Source: Pavona decussata
Taxonomy: Eukaryota
Assembly: GCA_977016875.1 (NCBI GenBank)
Contig: CDRNST010000144.1
Span: forward strand, 1,736,001-1,800,000
Length of the DNA: 64,000 nucleotides
Reading direction: 5' to 3'
This document shows, in pieces, positions 1 to 11,593 of the stretch. A program made the translations under genes and the position numbers. A model generated the notes under the pieces. The model was given only the letters and a program-made list of their open reading frames with translations. It was not told the origin of the DNA and ran no database searches. How positions within the stretch are numbered: the first letter of the stretch is position 1; each line of letters starts with the position of its first letter.

Positions 1-278
1 GTACTGTACCAAAACGTGCTCTTTTACCTTAAATGTTTCCGCTTGTAATTGTAAAGATTCTAGAGATTAATTACAGGTCAAGTCCATAGATCAAGTTCAC
101 CATAGGTAGCGACTGACGAGGTAGAGAAAAGCAGTAGATTGCAAGTAATAGTAGTAGCAGATATAAATGGGAGTAGTAATTGTACTAGTAGGTTCGAACT
201 GAAAAGCGATAGTTGAGAATACGTCCTACTTAGATAAGACATGAAATACAAATCTAACAGAGTAAAACAATCATTACG

Positions 279-1230
279 ATGCGTCAGTCAATTCCAGCAG
301 TGCCCATCCCCCCCCCCCCCCCCCCCCGGCCTAACCCCTGCTGGGGACACATAAGCTGTCTAAATGCCCCGGGGTGGGGATGAAGGAAGAGGGCAAATGC
401 CCCGCCCCGGGATCGTCGCCTTCCATCACCACTGCAGTTTTTTTTTTTTTATATATATATAATTAAAAAGTCGCCTATTGCTATTAAACATCACTACGAA
501 TTCAATGAAAACAATTCGTACTGCTTTAAAAACTATTTCAGAGCCTTTTAAGAACAAAAAAGTTATGGAGCTTTTGGAAAATTTAATATTTATATTTAAT
601 AAACTGTGCTGGGATTGCAGAGGACGCCCTTCCTGCCGTGAGCGATGATAGGCGCCTGTATTTGCAGGCTTCGTTTTTTGATATGATGCATTGCATTTTA
701 AGCTTGCAAGATCTGTCTTGAAGATCGTATCATATGAATTGTCAAACCTAAATTATTGCAAAGTGCACCCCAGGTTGACTTTCGTGAATTTAAAAAATGC
801 TATGCTAGTTTTGAATGCAAAATGCAAAATACAGCTGTAGTTGTTCACGTTGATTGTTTCCCATTTCTCGATATGTGACAAACAAGATATAGTTCAAGTT
901 GTTGCTTTTTATATTTATATGCTTTCAACTAATGAAGAAATATCTAAAATTGAGAAAACATACCTTTAAAAACATCCACAAGTTTGTGTAGTCCCTGACG
1001 GACTAGCCAATCCTCAACAAACGCCTCGTCTTTGCCGATGAATTCCTCCATGGCACTTTCGAAAAAATGTGTGTCAAATGCTCGGGGCTCGCCCCAGAGT
1101 AGGCAAATGCTCAGCCCCTGGGCTGCGATAAAATTACGAATGCCCCACCGCCCAGACTGACAATGTGAGCAAATGCCCCGGGGTTGCCCAAAGGAAGGGG
1201 GATGGGCACCGCCGGAATTGACTGATGCAT
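279..1230. mobile_element. Non-autonomous DNA transposon (MITE) with ~32-bp TIRs and CAAATGCCCC subterminal repeats
   Basis: atgcgtcagtcaattccagcagtgcccatccc (279-310) is the near reverse complement of gggatgggcaccgccggaattgactgatgcat (1199-1230); repeated aaatgcccc/aaatgctc motifs near both ends; no coding capacity. Confidence 0.85.
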
Positions 1231-1541
1231 AAAACTAACACAATCATAGCGTGAGATAAATAGACAATTGATACTTGAAACTAATAACAAAGATGTCAAG
1301 GGCTATCTTGCAAAATAGCTTAATATAGCGTGAAAGGATATCATTTTGTTAATCATAGTCACTAATGTCTGCCCCCTTTGCTTCTTGTAGATGACTGATT
1401 ATTAGCAGAATCTTTTAATTTTTCAATTTTTTTCTTGTATGGAAGGGAGGGTTTTTTCAAGTAAGTGTCAAATTCAAAAACAGAGATTTTAACCCTCCAG
1501 ATAGTAGTAACTCTTCCCAATTGTTATCCTCGTTCTCGGTT

Positions 1542-2250
1542 TCATCGCTTCTCAACGGTTGCTTGACTTTGCAAATCTTTGGAAAAATGGAGATGTTTTG
1601 AATAATCTAGGTATATTTTAACTAGTTCCTCAGGAACAAACGGAGAAGAAAATTCTGCAATTTCTTTCCCTGTGTTCAGCTTTCCTTCATCGAAGGAATA
1701 ACACATAAAGCCATTAACAGTATTGGTCATGCTGTTCCATTTAAAGAAGTAGCCGGGGATTCAAAGACATTTTAATTTGCACCTTGACTTCTTTCTCTTT
1801 ATCCGGGAAAGTGCGTGGAATTCTGTCCATCATGAAGCCAGCCAACCATTTTCACATGAATCGCACTGTTGCTCTTTCTTAACCTTGTAGGTGTCTTTGA
1901 CAAATTCCATGTGTAACTCTAGCCACAAATTTTAGCAAAATAAGTATAGCTGGATACTACATGTTTCTTTCAACTTTCAGATGCCTTCATATAATCATGA
2001 TTAGCTGGGTCCTGTTGAGTAAAAAACCCCGCCTGCTCCTCTCTCTCTGTTACAAATGCTCTTATGTAATCTGACAACAGGTACATCATCAATGGGCAAC
2101 GCTATGTCATGAAGAAGCCTCCATGCATTTCCTTCCATTCTTTAACCTCGTAGCTTGTAACAGTCATCTTCTAAATTTCTTTGTCTGATTTGATGTCAAT
2201 CTTGTCTTCATTTCGAGACTTAAAATTCTAGACTCATTCAAAAACAGTCT
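1542..2250 (-). pseudogene. Degraded coding remnant of unknown (probably TE-borne) protein
   Basis: Protein-like pieces in shifting frames (YEVKEWKEMHGGFF, CDSCENGW, DRIPRTFPD, FDEGKLNTGKEIAEFSS...ELVKIYLD) with many stops; family not identified. Confidence 0.3.
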
Positions 2251-2521
2251 TTCTCTTTTCACTTATCATGAATAATATTCTGTTGACAAATAGTATCAAT
2301 ATTTTCTTGGCAAATAATCACAAAATATCACAAATGTTCTCTTTATATCGAATGTTTTCTTGGTAATTTTTGTTTCAAGTGTAACTTCATCATCGGTATA
2401 CAAACTCAATCAAAGTTAAAAAACGTTCATGTCTCTTGACATTTTATAAAAGAGAATGTGAGTGATGTAACATAATTAATCATTATTCATAAAATCAACG
2501 TTAACAACGTTCATTGATTTG

Positions 2522-2917
2522 TTATTGCATAGACCACAAAGTCAAACGAATGCCAATACTGTTCTCCTTGCAGGCTTGTCTCGGTTCTTTGTTTGTCCCT
2601 TTCTCCACAGATTTAGCATCGCATTTGACTTCAAATTTTTCGGCGAAGAGCAGCTTCTCGCCAAGAGAATTCTCGTCTAATGGCAAAACATCTTCGCCGA
2701 GCAATTCCTTGAGAATTTCACTGGTTACTTTCTGTAGGAGTTACTTTCTGGTGTCGTCAATGACTTTGATGGTACCTGATAAACCATTAACAGTTATTGG
2801 CTTTTATCATACCACATTTTATACAGTGTGCAACTTTCGTTGCTTCTGCCTGGCTTATTTTGTTGAACATTTATAACACTTCAAGAACCTTTCGAAATGT
2901 GGGACACTTGTTACTTC
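2522..2917 (-). pseudogene. 3' half of RPA70-like OB-fold / C4 zinc-ribbon gene
   Basis: Reads EVTSVPHFERFLKCYKCSTK...VAHCIKCG...LLGEDVLPLDENSLGEKLLFAEKFEV with frameshifts; joins in frame to 11259-11592 across the Merlin TSD. Confidence 0.55.
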
Positions 2918-3699
2918 GGTAATTTTGAAGAAGAGCTCCCCAAACCGACTGTCGGTAAATTGTCGGCCGACAGTGGACCGATAGCTAACCGACAGTTTAC
3001 CGACAGATCAATTCCACTGTACAATATAAGTGAGATTACAAGTCTACTTGAGCAGTCCACGAACCGAACTTATTTTATGGTATCTAAGCTCACGTTTTAT
3101 GTTACAAACAAAACACTGTTCTGTATTACTCGATCAAAATAAGCTGTAGAATTAAAACTATACATACATTCAGTAGTTGAAAGAGAATCAAATAAGAGAA
3201 ATGTCCATTTCGAAATAATTTTCTTTGAAATTATCCACTGCTCCCTCTTAAACTTCACTCATTTTCTCATCAATAAGCGTAGTTAAAAGCGTTTTGGAAT
3301 CGCCCTATAATGCTTTGCACCTCTCTGTGTGTAAGTGTGTCATGTATCTCCACATAAAGTTTGTCTTTACGAACGTTGACATTTTCATCACTCTCTTGTA
3401 ACATTTTGCGGTGGCATGGTGTCACTCAGACTACTGGCTTTGAGTGAAAGGTTTAGTCTGCCCAGAAAATGACCGAACCATTATATTTGAGTTCAGATTA
3501 TGATAATACTGATAAAAACGAGATGAAACATTCACGTTCCAAAGTGACCGAGTTGTAAACTTTTAGACAATACAAAACTTACCTCTTAAAAAACATGCGC
3601 GGATGCTTTTGTATTGTAAACCATTTAACGAAAATAATTCACACTAGAATGATGATCCTAACGATCACATGCAAAAACCAAGATGGCGGTGTGTTTACA

Positions 3700-4083
3700 T
3701 ATGGATACACTTTCCGTCAGTTGAACTCGTCAAGATAACTAGGCAGTTTGTCACTGTGGGCCCCGTTGATTGCTTTCAACTTTCTCTTCACCTGACTCCA
3801 GACTCCTTCTATGGTGTTCATGTGAGCTCCTGTGTAAGGATCGACAAAGTTCTCCGAATGGTTCACCATGAGATGAACATGACCATTTCTTGTTCAGTTT
3901 GAAGTAGGGCGAAAACTTGCCAGAAATGATGAGAGTTCTGGGTTCAATGAAGTTCTGCACAAGGCCAGTAACCAGGGTTTCTCTGGTACGGTCGGGTACT
4001 CGAAAGGTGAGAGCTCTGCCACTTCCTCTTTTAATTATGCCGAACACCCCGGTGCCTTTGGAAATGCACCCTGTATTGTATTT
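3700..4083 (-). pseudogene. Merlin transposase, C-terminal part
   Basis: KYNTG...GVFGIIKRGSGRALTFRVPDRTRETL...FIEPRTLIISG and, after a frameshift, VNHSENFVDPYTGAHMNTIEGVWSQVKRK: IS1595-family DDE motifs, second Asp mutated. Confidence 0.88.
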
Positions 4084-4418
4084 ATGCCTTTTCCTCTTTA
4101 ACCCTAAGATCTTTTCCCCAGGAAAAAGCCGCCTTGCCTGAGCTTCGTTTACTGGGCAATAAACAAAATTCAAAGTTTGGACTTATATGGCTATGGACAA
4201 AGGCCCATAGCCGCTTTTATTAAAATCTCAAATTTCATAAAATTAATAATTAACATTCTGGCCCAGTAAAGGTGAGGGCACTGAAAACGCCACAAGCATA
4301 TGAGAAACATATGCTGCCCCACCCCAGGCAAGTGCAGCACGAAATAACAAAAGAGGGGAAAAGCACTAAAAACATGAAGTAATAAGTAAGCAATAAGTGG
4401 AAAACAAAATTGGTGAGA

Positions 4419-4975
4419 CAGTCGCCCCTGCAAACTGTACCCGCAAACGTTGTGCAACTAGAGTTAATAAAAGCTAAATGACAAGGTGAAAACAGTCGCC
4501 CATGCAAACTGTATCCTAAAAACAATGGCAACAAATACCAGAGGAGTATCTATAGGAGAATGGCTTAAGGGGGCCCAACAATGCAGCCGCCCATGCTAAC
4601 TGTACCCCTGAGCCACCCTGACCAGCTTAATGAAAAAACAGCTGCCCATTAACACCAGCACATTTTGGAAAACAGAAACCGGTGGACAGTCGCCCCTGCA
4701 AACTGTTGAGTGTAACGGGAGTTAATAAAAGCTAAATGACAAGGTTAAAACAGCCGCCCATGCAAACTGTATCCTAAAAGCAATGACAACAAATACCAGA
4801 GTAGTATCGATAGAAGAATGGCTTAAGGGGGCCCAACAGTGCAGCCGCCCATGCTAACTGCACCCCTGAACCCCCTTGACCATCTTAATGTAAACAACTG
4901 CCCACCAACACCAGTGCATTACAACTAAAAGACCGGACCAACTGGGCCCGACAATGCAGCCACCCATACCAACTG
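4419..4975 (-). repeat. Array of seven 19-nt hairpin-like motifs within a ~258-bp higher-order duplication
   Basis: cagYcgcccMtgcWaactg-like motif at 4419, 4493, 4584, 4687, 4751, 4842, 4957; 4493/4751 and 4584/4842 are 258 bp apart. Confidence 0.85.
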
Positions 4976-5007
4976 TACCATCAGGCCCACTTGACCAGCA
5001 CATTAGG

Positions 5008-5932
5008 TTACCGAGAAAGGCTAGGCAATCTGATATACTTCTGGAAAGCGTTTGATTTCCAACACCCCAATAAACGAATCTGGGCATCAGAAAACCCCTG
5101 ATCTGCAGCATGCGAGGCAGCGCCAATACGAAAACTATGCCCTTTACAGCGAGAGGGAGCAAGCCCACATAAACTGATTGCCATCGACAGTTGCGCAGAA
5201 AAAACCGATCTAGAAACAGGTAAGTCATCCACTGTGATGAAAAGGGGGCCTGGATGATTACCACGCTTAGCCAAGTATTGCGATAACAAGTCCACCGGAC
5301 AAAAACGAGCCTGATGAGAGATAACAAGGGAAAAAGGGCGACGATTGTAATTATGCTTAAAATTCCGAAAAGTCAACTTATAAGCAACTAGATCGCCCAT
5401 GGGATTTAACAATTTCTTAAAGTGGCTGAGATGAAGTGGAAGATTAGCCCCCCGCCCCGAGCTTAAAGTAATTTCACCTACGCGTAAAAAGGCAAAAATG
5501 CTAGGGAACACATCGCCCGGAACTGGCTCACCTGATAAGGAGAGCCCTGTAGCTGATCAGCCACGAATATCAACTTGTCCAAAATAGGTGGTGTGATGGG
5601 TAAACGGCTGTCTAAGCGGAAACCAACTTTACTATAACCTTTCAGCAATTGAAAAACATAAAAAAAATTTTGGCAGGGTCCGAAAAACCCATGAGCTTAT
5701 GAGAGTAGCCCAATGCCGAAACATAAGTGGTAACAGTGGATGGAGCATAGTGAGAATCAAACAAATAAGCGATAAAAAGAGCGAGCACCGGTGGCAAAAT
5801 AGGCAATGGACCACAAGGAGACTGGAATACCGACTGATGAAACTGATGGAAAAGGTGCCACGCGCGTTTGTATGTAGGGATAGAAGAAGGCTGGAGACTG
5901 GAATGCAACAAAAACGACGCTAAATTTGCCAA
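5008..5932 (-). pseudogene. DIRS tyrosine recombinase (frameshifted)
   Basis: N-terminal SAM-like part (YKRAW...STVTTYVSALGYSHKL), then FAFLRVGE, CPV, GHSFRIGAAS, LGCWKSNAFQKYIR: R-HxxR-W-Y tyrosine recombinase motifs. Confidence 0.92.
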
Positions 5933-5959
5933 TTGAGCGGTTGCAGATGCCGAGGGTTT

Positions 5960-7585
5960 CTGTGGGAGATGGATGCATGAAGGCTGGTGCTAGTTGGTGG
6001 AAGGTCTGCAATTGTAACCGAGACAAAGAATCAGCTAATTTGTTTTTCACACCTGGAATATGCTTTGCTTTGAAAACAATATTATGGGATAAACATACTA
6101 GTACCAGCCTACGCACAAAGACCATCAACTCCTTATCCCGACAAGATTGCTTATTAATTAATTATTTCGAGGACTCTTTTGTAAATCACTTATTAGTGAC
6201 ATTTATTTCCTCAATAAAGATTATTATTATTTATTTATTTATAATAACGTGCACTAATGCCTCATTGTCGGTAAAAAACAAAATTCGGCAATTACACATC
6301 TCGTTACCCCACAAATGGATACTCAAAACAATGGGATAAAATTCCAAGATTGCGATATTTTGATGCCTCCAACTGATCGGCCACTCTCCATAGCACCAAT
6401 GGGCGCCAAAAAATTGCCCCAAAACCAACAGCACCAGAGGCATCGGTAAATAATTGGAGTTGGTTAGAATTATACCAAACCTCAGAAAGAAAAATAGTGC
6501 GCCCATTGAACCCAGCCAAAAATTGCTGCCAAACCCGCAGGTCCTCCTTGACAGCCTGGGAGAGGCGAATACGAAAATGAGGGCTTCTAATTCCCAAGGT
6601 GAGGTCAATTAAGCAACGAAGAAAGGCTCGTCCAGGGACCACCACTGCACAAGCAAAATTCAGTAAACCAGTCAAGGATTGTATTTCCTTAAGAGTAACT
6701 TTTCGACGCTGACGAAAAATGGAAATCAATTCCTGGCATTTATCAATCTTCTCCTGGGGCAAGCGAGCTTCCATCAAAATGGAATCTAACTCAATACCTG
6801 CAAAAGCAATGGTGGTCGATGGACCGACAGTCTTCTCGGGGGCCATTGGAATACCCAAGTAACTACAAAGCATCAAAAATAACTCCAATTGTTTCCGACA
6901 GGTTTTCTCAGTGTGAGAAACAAGCAAAAAATCATCCAACAAATGTAAAATAAACGGGATGTGCAGTTTTGTTTGAGCGATCCATTCAACAGCTGATGAA
7001 AGCATTTCAAAAGTTTTGCAAGAGCTTGAACAGCCGATAGGCATACAGCGGTCATAATAATACATACCCGCCAACATATGCCCAAGAGATGATAATCCTG
7101 GGGCTGGATGGGAACTATCTGAAAAGCGTTCTTGATGTCGGTTTTTGCAAGAAAACACCCCGGACCAACAGACTGGATTAAACGGATGGCATCCTCAACA
7201 GTGGCATACGAAACACTGGTAAACTCAACAGGAATGTTATCATTCAACGAACCACCCTTCGGGTACGAGAAGTGATGAATCAAACGAAACTCACCCTTCA
7301 CTTTTTTAGGAACCAAACCGAGTGGAGAGACCCGAAAAACCAAAAAAGGTGGAGAGGAGAAAGGCCCTGCAAGCCTATGCGCCTCAAGCTCTTTCGTAAT
7401 CTTAGCATCGACCGCGGCAGGATTCTGAATGGCTGAGAGTAAATTGGAGGCATGAAAAGAAGGCGAGCCCTCATAATGTAAGGGAAACCCCTGTGTAAAA
7501 CCCTTAACTAAAACTTCAGCAATTGATGGGTCGTACCCAGACAGAAAGAAAAACAAACGATCACTATTGACGGGTGTTGGTAGGC
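5960..7585 (-). pseudogene. DIRS reverse transcriptase / RNase H (frameshifted)
   Basis: SPLGLVPKK..FRLIHH, AKTDIKNAF, MPIGCSSSC, HLLDDFL, LFTDASG, IAILEFYPI, FTDNEALV, HIPGVKNKLADSLSR; ~85-bp AT-rich insert at about 6155-6240. Confidence 0.92.
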
Positions 7586-8805
7586 GCTGTGGATTTTGAC
7601 TGAGGCAGGGCCCGGCTGCCAGTGGGCTTACCGGGGTCACGAAACTGGGAGTTGGGACCTGTATGCTTCCCAAAGGCACGAAAATTACAATTAAGGGCCC
7701 TGTGGGAACCCTCGCACTTGGGACACAAATGTTTGAAGGCACAGCCCGAGCAATCACCGCCCCGGTGAAATTTGAAACAGTATCCTTTGGGGATACTAGT
7801 GGAAGAACCTGATCGCACAGAACCCACCTGAGGCAGTGATCTCTTAGGGGCACCTTGCGACCTAAGCCACAACTCCATGTGAATATTGCCCCAGGGGACA
7901 GAGGTAGTTGGGGACTGCCGCAAAAAACGGAAATGCTCGTCGTGAAAGCACCAGTTGTTCCCCTGAGCAGCCAGGTCCTGAACAGTTGCCCCATATTTCA
8001 TGAGACCTTGGGCCTCGTGGGGGTATCACCCAACATAAATACCAACAAAAACATGGAAAGCCTGCATCCAGGCATCAATAGTAGTAATACGCTTGGGTTT
8101 TGTCAAAGGCTCAAGCTTGGGTTTCGTCAAAGGCTCAAGCGCCAATGATGGCGAGGAGCCCTCCCCAGAATTCTGGATGGTGAATTGAAAACCACCATCC
8201 AGTGTTGGATTGACGAACAAGGACCCAAAATCAATATATTCCTCCTGCCAAATTTTGGTCTTAATCTTGGCAGGAACACGGGCATCAACAGGCAAATAAA
8301 CCGAGGTAAACAATTCAGTGGGCTTGGCCGTCCCAGGTAAAGAGCTGGTCTCACCTGCCAAGGACGAGTGAAGGTGCTGAACAGCCACTTGGACTTGTTC
8401 ACTGGCCTCTGTGACCGCAGCTGGTGCGTGATCCCGGGCCTGGTCTTGCTCGAGGGGAACTTCAACGAGTGGTTGGGAAAGGTGATTACCTGCCTGCGCC
8501 TGTTCCTGGCTGGGTTGAGGTGCCGCCATGAAAGGGCGCAGCTGCCTTGTCACCTCGGAAGTCACCTGGGCAACAATCTGGCTCAAAAGCTCCGGGGGCA
8601 ACTGTAAGGTTGCGGCGGAAGAAGTAGGCATGCCTGTCGGTGGCAGCAAAGTAGCAGCACGGGTGCCGGCAGGTGCAACATCCCCACTGGACGCTAGGGG
8701 AGCAGCAGTAGTAGCGGTGGTGCTCACTGGAGGCGCCCCACCAGGTGCACTTTGGCCAGAGCTGGCCCGCGATCGCCGTGGGGGTGACACCACCAGAGCC
8801 TCCAA
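7564..8805 (-). pseudogene. DIRS gag-like ORF with Cys/His zinc finger (frameshifted)
   Basis: IKTKIWQEEYIDFGSL, ITTIDAWMQAFHVFVGIY, WCFHDEHFR, CFKFHRGGDCSGCAFKHLCPKCEGSHRALNC; internal 24-bp duplication LEPLTKPK x2. Confidence 0.85.
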
Positions 8806-9015
8806 TGCTTGGGAAGAGGGGCACTTCTGGCGTTGTCAACGTCGAGGAGGCATCTAGGAAGACAAAAACAAAGCCAGAATCGAGCACAAGGCAGGAACAT
8901 GCGAAATAAAACTTTGCAAAGAAAATAAATAACCAAGGAACAAGGCCTTGGACCAAATAAACAAGCCAAGCAGGCTAAGTAAAGTCATTTAAAGTCATTG
9001 AAAGGCAGGAATAAG

Positions 9016-9425
9016 CATGGCTGACACATGGCCGCCGGCAACCGCAATTTCCTTAAACGCCTAATCAAAAAAGAATGTGGAGGAACAAAGCCTCGCAACA
9101 TCTAACATAAAAAACAGGAACAGAGCCTGGGACAACTAAAGCAAAACCGAGGAACAAAAGCCTCGGACAGGAACGAGCATTGCTGGCATAATGCCGCCGC
9201 AACCGCAAGTTCCTTAAACGCCTATTAAAAAAAGAATGTGGAGGAACAAAGCCTCGCAACGTCTAACATAAAACCAGGAACAGAGCCTGGGAGAACTAAA
9301 CAAAAAAAAAAAAACCAAGGAACAAAAGCCTCGGGACAAATGATACAAAAATTGCGTATGAAGGGCAGGAGCGAGCAAGGCTGGCATAATGCTACCACAA
9401 TAGCAAGTTCCAGAAACGTCTAACA
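9016..9425. repeat. ~162-bp tandem duplication (2 copies + partial third) in the DIRS inter-ORF region
   Basis: gcaaccgcaa(t/g)ttccttaaacgccta..aaaaaagaatgtggaggaacaaagcctcgcaac repeated near 9037 and 9199; partial copy near 9380. Confidence 0.8.
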
Positions 9426-9762
9426 AATAAATAAAGAAATAAATAAAAATAAAAAATGCACAACAATAAAGAAAGTGAGGAATAAAAACTTTGAGCTTTA
9501 CTGGAACAAGGCCCCAGAACAAAAAATTGGGGCGACAACAGACTTCAAGCAAGGAACGAAAACAAAACACTGCAACAAAATTATATAACGGGAAAAAATC
9601 TCGATCAAATATGGCCAACCGGGGAAACAAGTCCTCAAATTAACATGCATGAATGGATAAAAATGAATGAAAATTGAACCATGGGAGACAGCCGCCCATG
9701 CAAACTAGCCCCCCAAAAGTAAAATGAATAAATGAGCAAACATAACAATGGAGAGTATACAG

Positions 9763-10348
9763 TTACAGCGAAGGTGTGAAATACAACAGGGAACGAGCAT
9801 GCAACATGGCGCCACGATAACTCCGGTACCACCAGTATTGACCCAATTTATTCACATGGACACCATCTGGTAAATACGGACTCACCGAGGGATTACTAAA
9901 ACCCCTGTGCTGCCAACAAAAAACATTAAGAAACGGGTCTAAAACCACCCGAAGATACTGATTCAGGACCGGGACCGCCTCGTTAAAGGCTGGTTGCCCA
10001 ACACGAGGTATTACCTCGCACACACCGATCGCTCGACCGAATCAGTGTCCAATAACAAATTCACCAGCTCCTCGATGCGTGAGCCAACTACTTCAGGCCC
10101 ACTGGCAGCCAAATCATTTGTGCTGATATCCAAAATCACTACATCGGGGCGAGGGAAGACGCAATAACCAGATCACTACGCAAACCAAGGACCGTAAGAC
10201 CGCCTTTGCCATGTAAATGAACAATGGTGTCGTCTGAGATGCCGTAAGAAATATCTGCCCGAGGATCAAAATTAGCCTCAAGAGCTTCCTTTGTTCGCCG
10301 GACAAATGAATGACCCAAAACAAGAACCGTATGACGATAAGAAGCCAT
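9763..10348 (-). pseudogene. SGNH/GDSL hydrolase ORF of the DIRS element (frameshifted)
   Basis: VLVLGHSFVRR (block I), GKGGLTV (II), STNDL (III), YLPDGVHVNKLG (block V DxxH), YRSYRGA. Confidence 0.85.
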
Positions 10349-10731
10349 GGGAAAAAACCCCCAACTAAGAAAGCAAACGACCACGAGGGAGCGAGCGCTT
10401 GCGAGACGAAGAAATCGTGTGATGGAAACAAAGATGACACGAAAAGTATATATGTACGAGCCAAGAAAAAAGAGGGGGACAAGTTACCCGCAGCTAAACC
10501 AATGATCGAGACAAAAACCCTCAAAAGACAATTGTTGGCTTACCTAGCAACAAAAAACACGTCTTGATCGATGTAAAACGAGAGACGAATGACGAGCACA
10601 TGGAGCGAATGATCACCTGACCAATGAAATACTAGAGGGGGTTTCCTCAACTACCATAAACTCCTCCCCAAGACTTCTCCTATTTACATTTACTTATTAC
10701 ACAGAGAAAAAGGGGCATAAAAATCCTATTT

Positions 10732-10970
10732 GCGTTTGTGGCCGAACATCGATTCATCGATCTCCACTGTCTCTCCGCGCCTGCCTAACTTAATGTGACC
10801 ATGTAGGATCCTCAGGGAGCAGATGTTTCTGAGTGCCTGCAGTGCTGTGGTGACTGTCCTCAGTGATAACCCCATCAGCATTGCCACTTTTTTGCTTTGT
10901 ATTTCAATGGACCACGGGAAAATGACATACAGCCAATGTGCCAGCGGGATCTTTGAATTTTCGAAAAAGG
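10732..10970 (-). pseudogene. Merlin transposase, N-terminal part
   Basis: FFENSKIPLAHWLYVIFPWS...KLGRRGETVEIDESMFGHKRK, containing the first catalytic Asp (VEIDES). Confidence 0.88.
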
Positions 10971-11258
10971 GGGATTGGGTATTAGTAAACAGTTACGGCA
11001 AAAATACAATATGGCGTCCCAGCACACAGGCAGAAACATAAGTAAATTAAGCAAATCTAATCCAATTCTTGTTATTTCTTTGATAATGCATTTATTTTAA
11101 TGTATTTTCAACCTAAATCCTACCGACAACTCACCGACAGATCACAACAGTCGACCGACAGTCGGTCGACAATCTGTTTATAAACTGTCAGCTGACTGTT
11201 GGCCGTTTGTTGGCCGATTGTCATCAACAGTCGGTTTGGGGAGCTCTTCAAAATTACC

Positions 11259-11592
11259 GTTACTTCTGTGATTAGAGCGGTGGACAGGGGATCTTCGACA
11301 TCATGTTGCTTAACAATGATGGTGGTTAAACTTTTGTCATTAATTTCTGTTATGGTGGTTTATGGTGGCTTTGTTGTGGAAATCTTCTTGGGGCCCGCCA
11401 CACCTTTAACTGCACGTTGGTCAACTTGTGGGACTTGCCTGCCAATATCTTCGGGATGTGTTCTTGAAACACATCCAGGGAATGGAACCTGTAGTGTTGG
11501 TGAAAGTCGCCTCCACGAACTGAAGGGGCTTTAGTGGGTTGCCTACAGTGTTCGGATTCTTTAGTTGGCTGACCTTTCCCACCATGCTGACA
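11259..11592 (-). pseudogene. 5' half of RPA-like OB-fold gene
   Basis: TVSMVGKVSQL...FVEATFTNTTGSIP/LDVFQEHIPKILAGKSHKLTNVQLKVW..KKISTT: OB-fold pattern (VxGKV, DxTGxI, TNV); truncated upstream by the L2 tail. Confidence 0.55.
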
Positions 11593-11593
11593 G

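Larger units (their letters stand above)
4084..10726 (-). mobile_element. Tyrosine-recombinase retrotransposon (DIRS order, Ngaro-like proteins)
   Basis: Splits the Merlin motif HKRK|YN with tattt on both sides (4079-4083, 10727-10731); encodes SGNH hydrolase, gag-like, RT/RNase H and YR on the minus strand, all frameshifted. Confidence 0.9.
2918..11258 (-). mobile_element. Merlin (IS1016/IS1595-like) DNA transposon, interrupted by a DIRS-type element
   Basis: TIRs ggtaattttgaag(aag)agctccccaaaccgactg (from 2918) and cagtcggtttggggagctcttcaaaattacc (to 11258); perfect 8-bp TSD gttacttc at 2910-2917 and 11259-11266; ccgacag subterminal repeats; split transposase. Confidence 0.93.

Noticed and set aside
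4419-4975. CRISPR-like repeat/spacer array
   Set aside because: Spacers are themselves duplicated (258-bp period), lengths vary widely, no cas genes, eukaryotic retroelement context.
7855-8969. Many overlapping ORFs on both strands
   Set aside because: Shadow frames of the GC-rich gag region.
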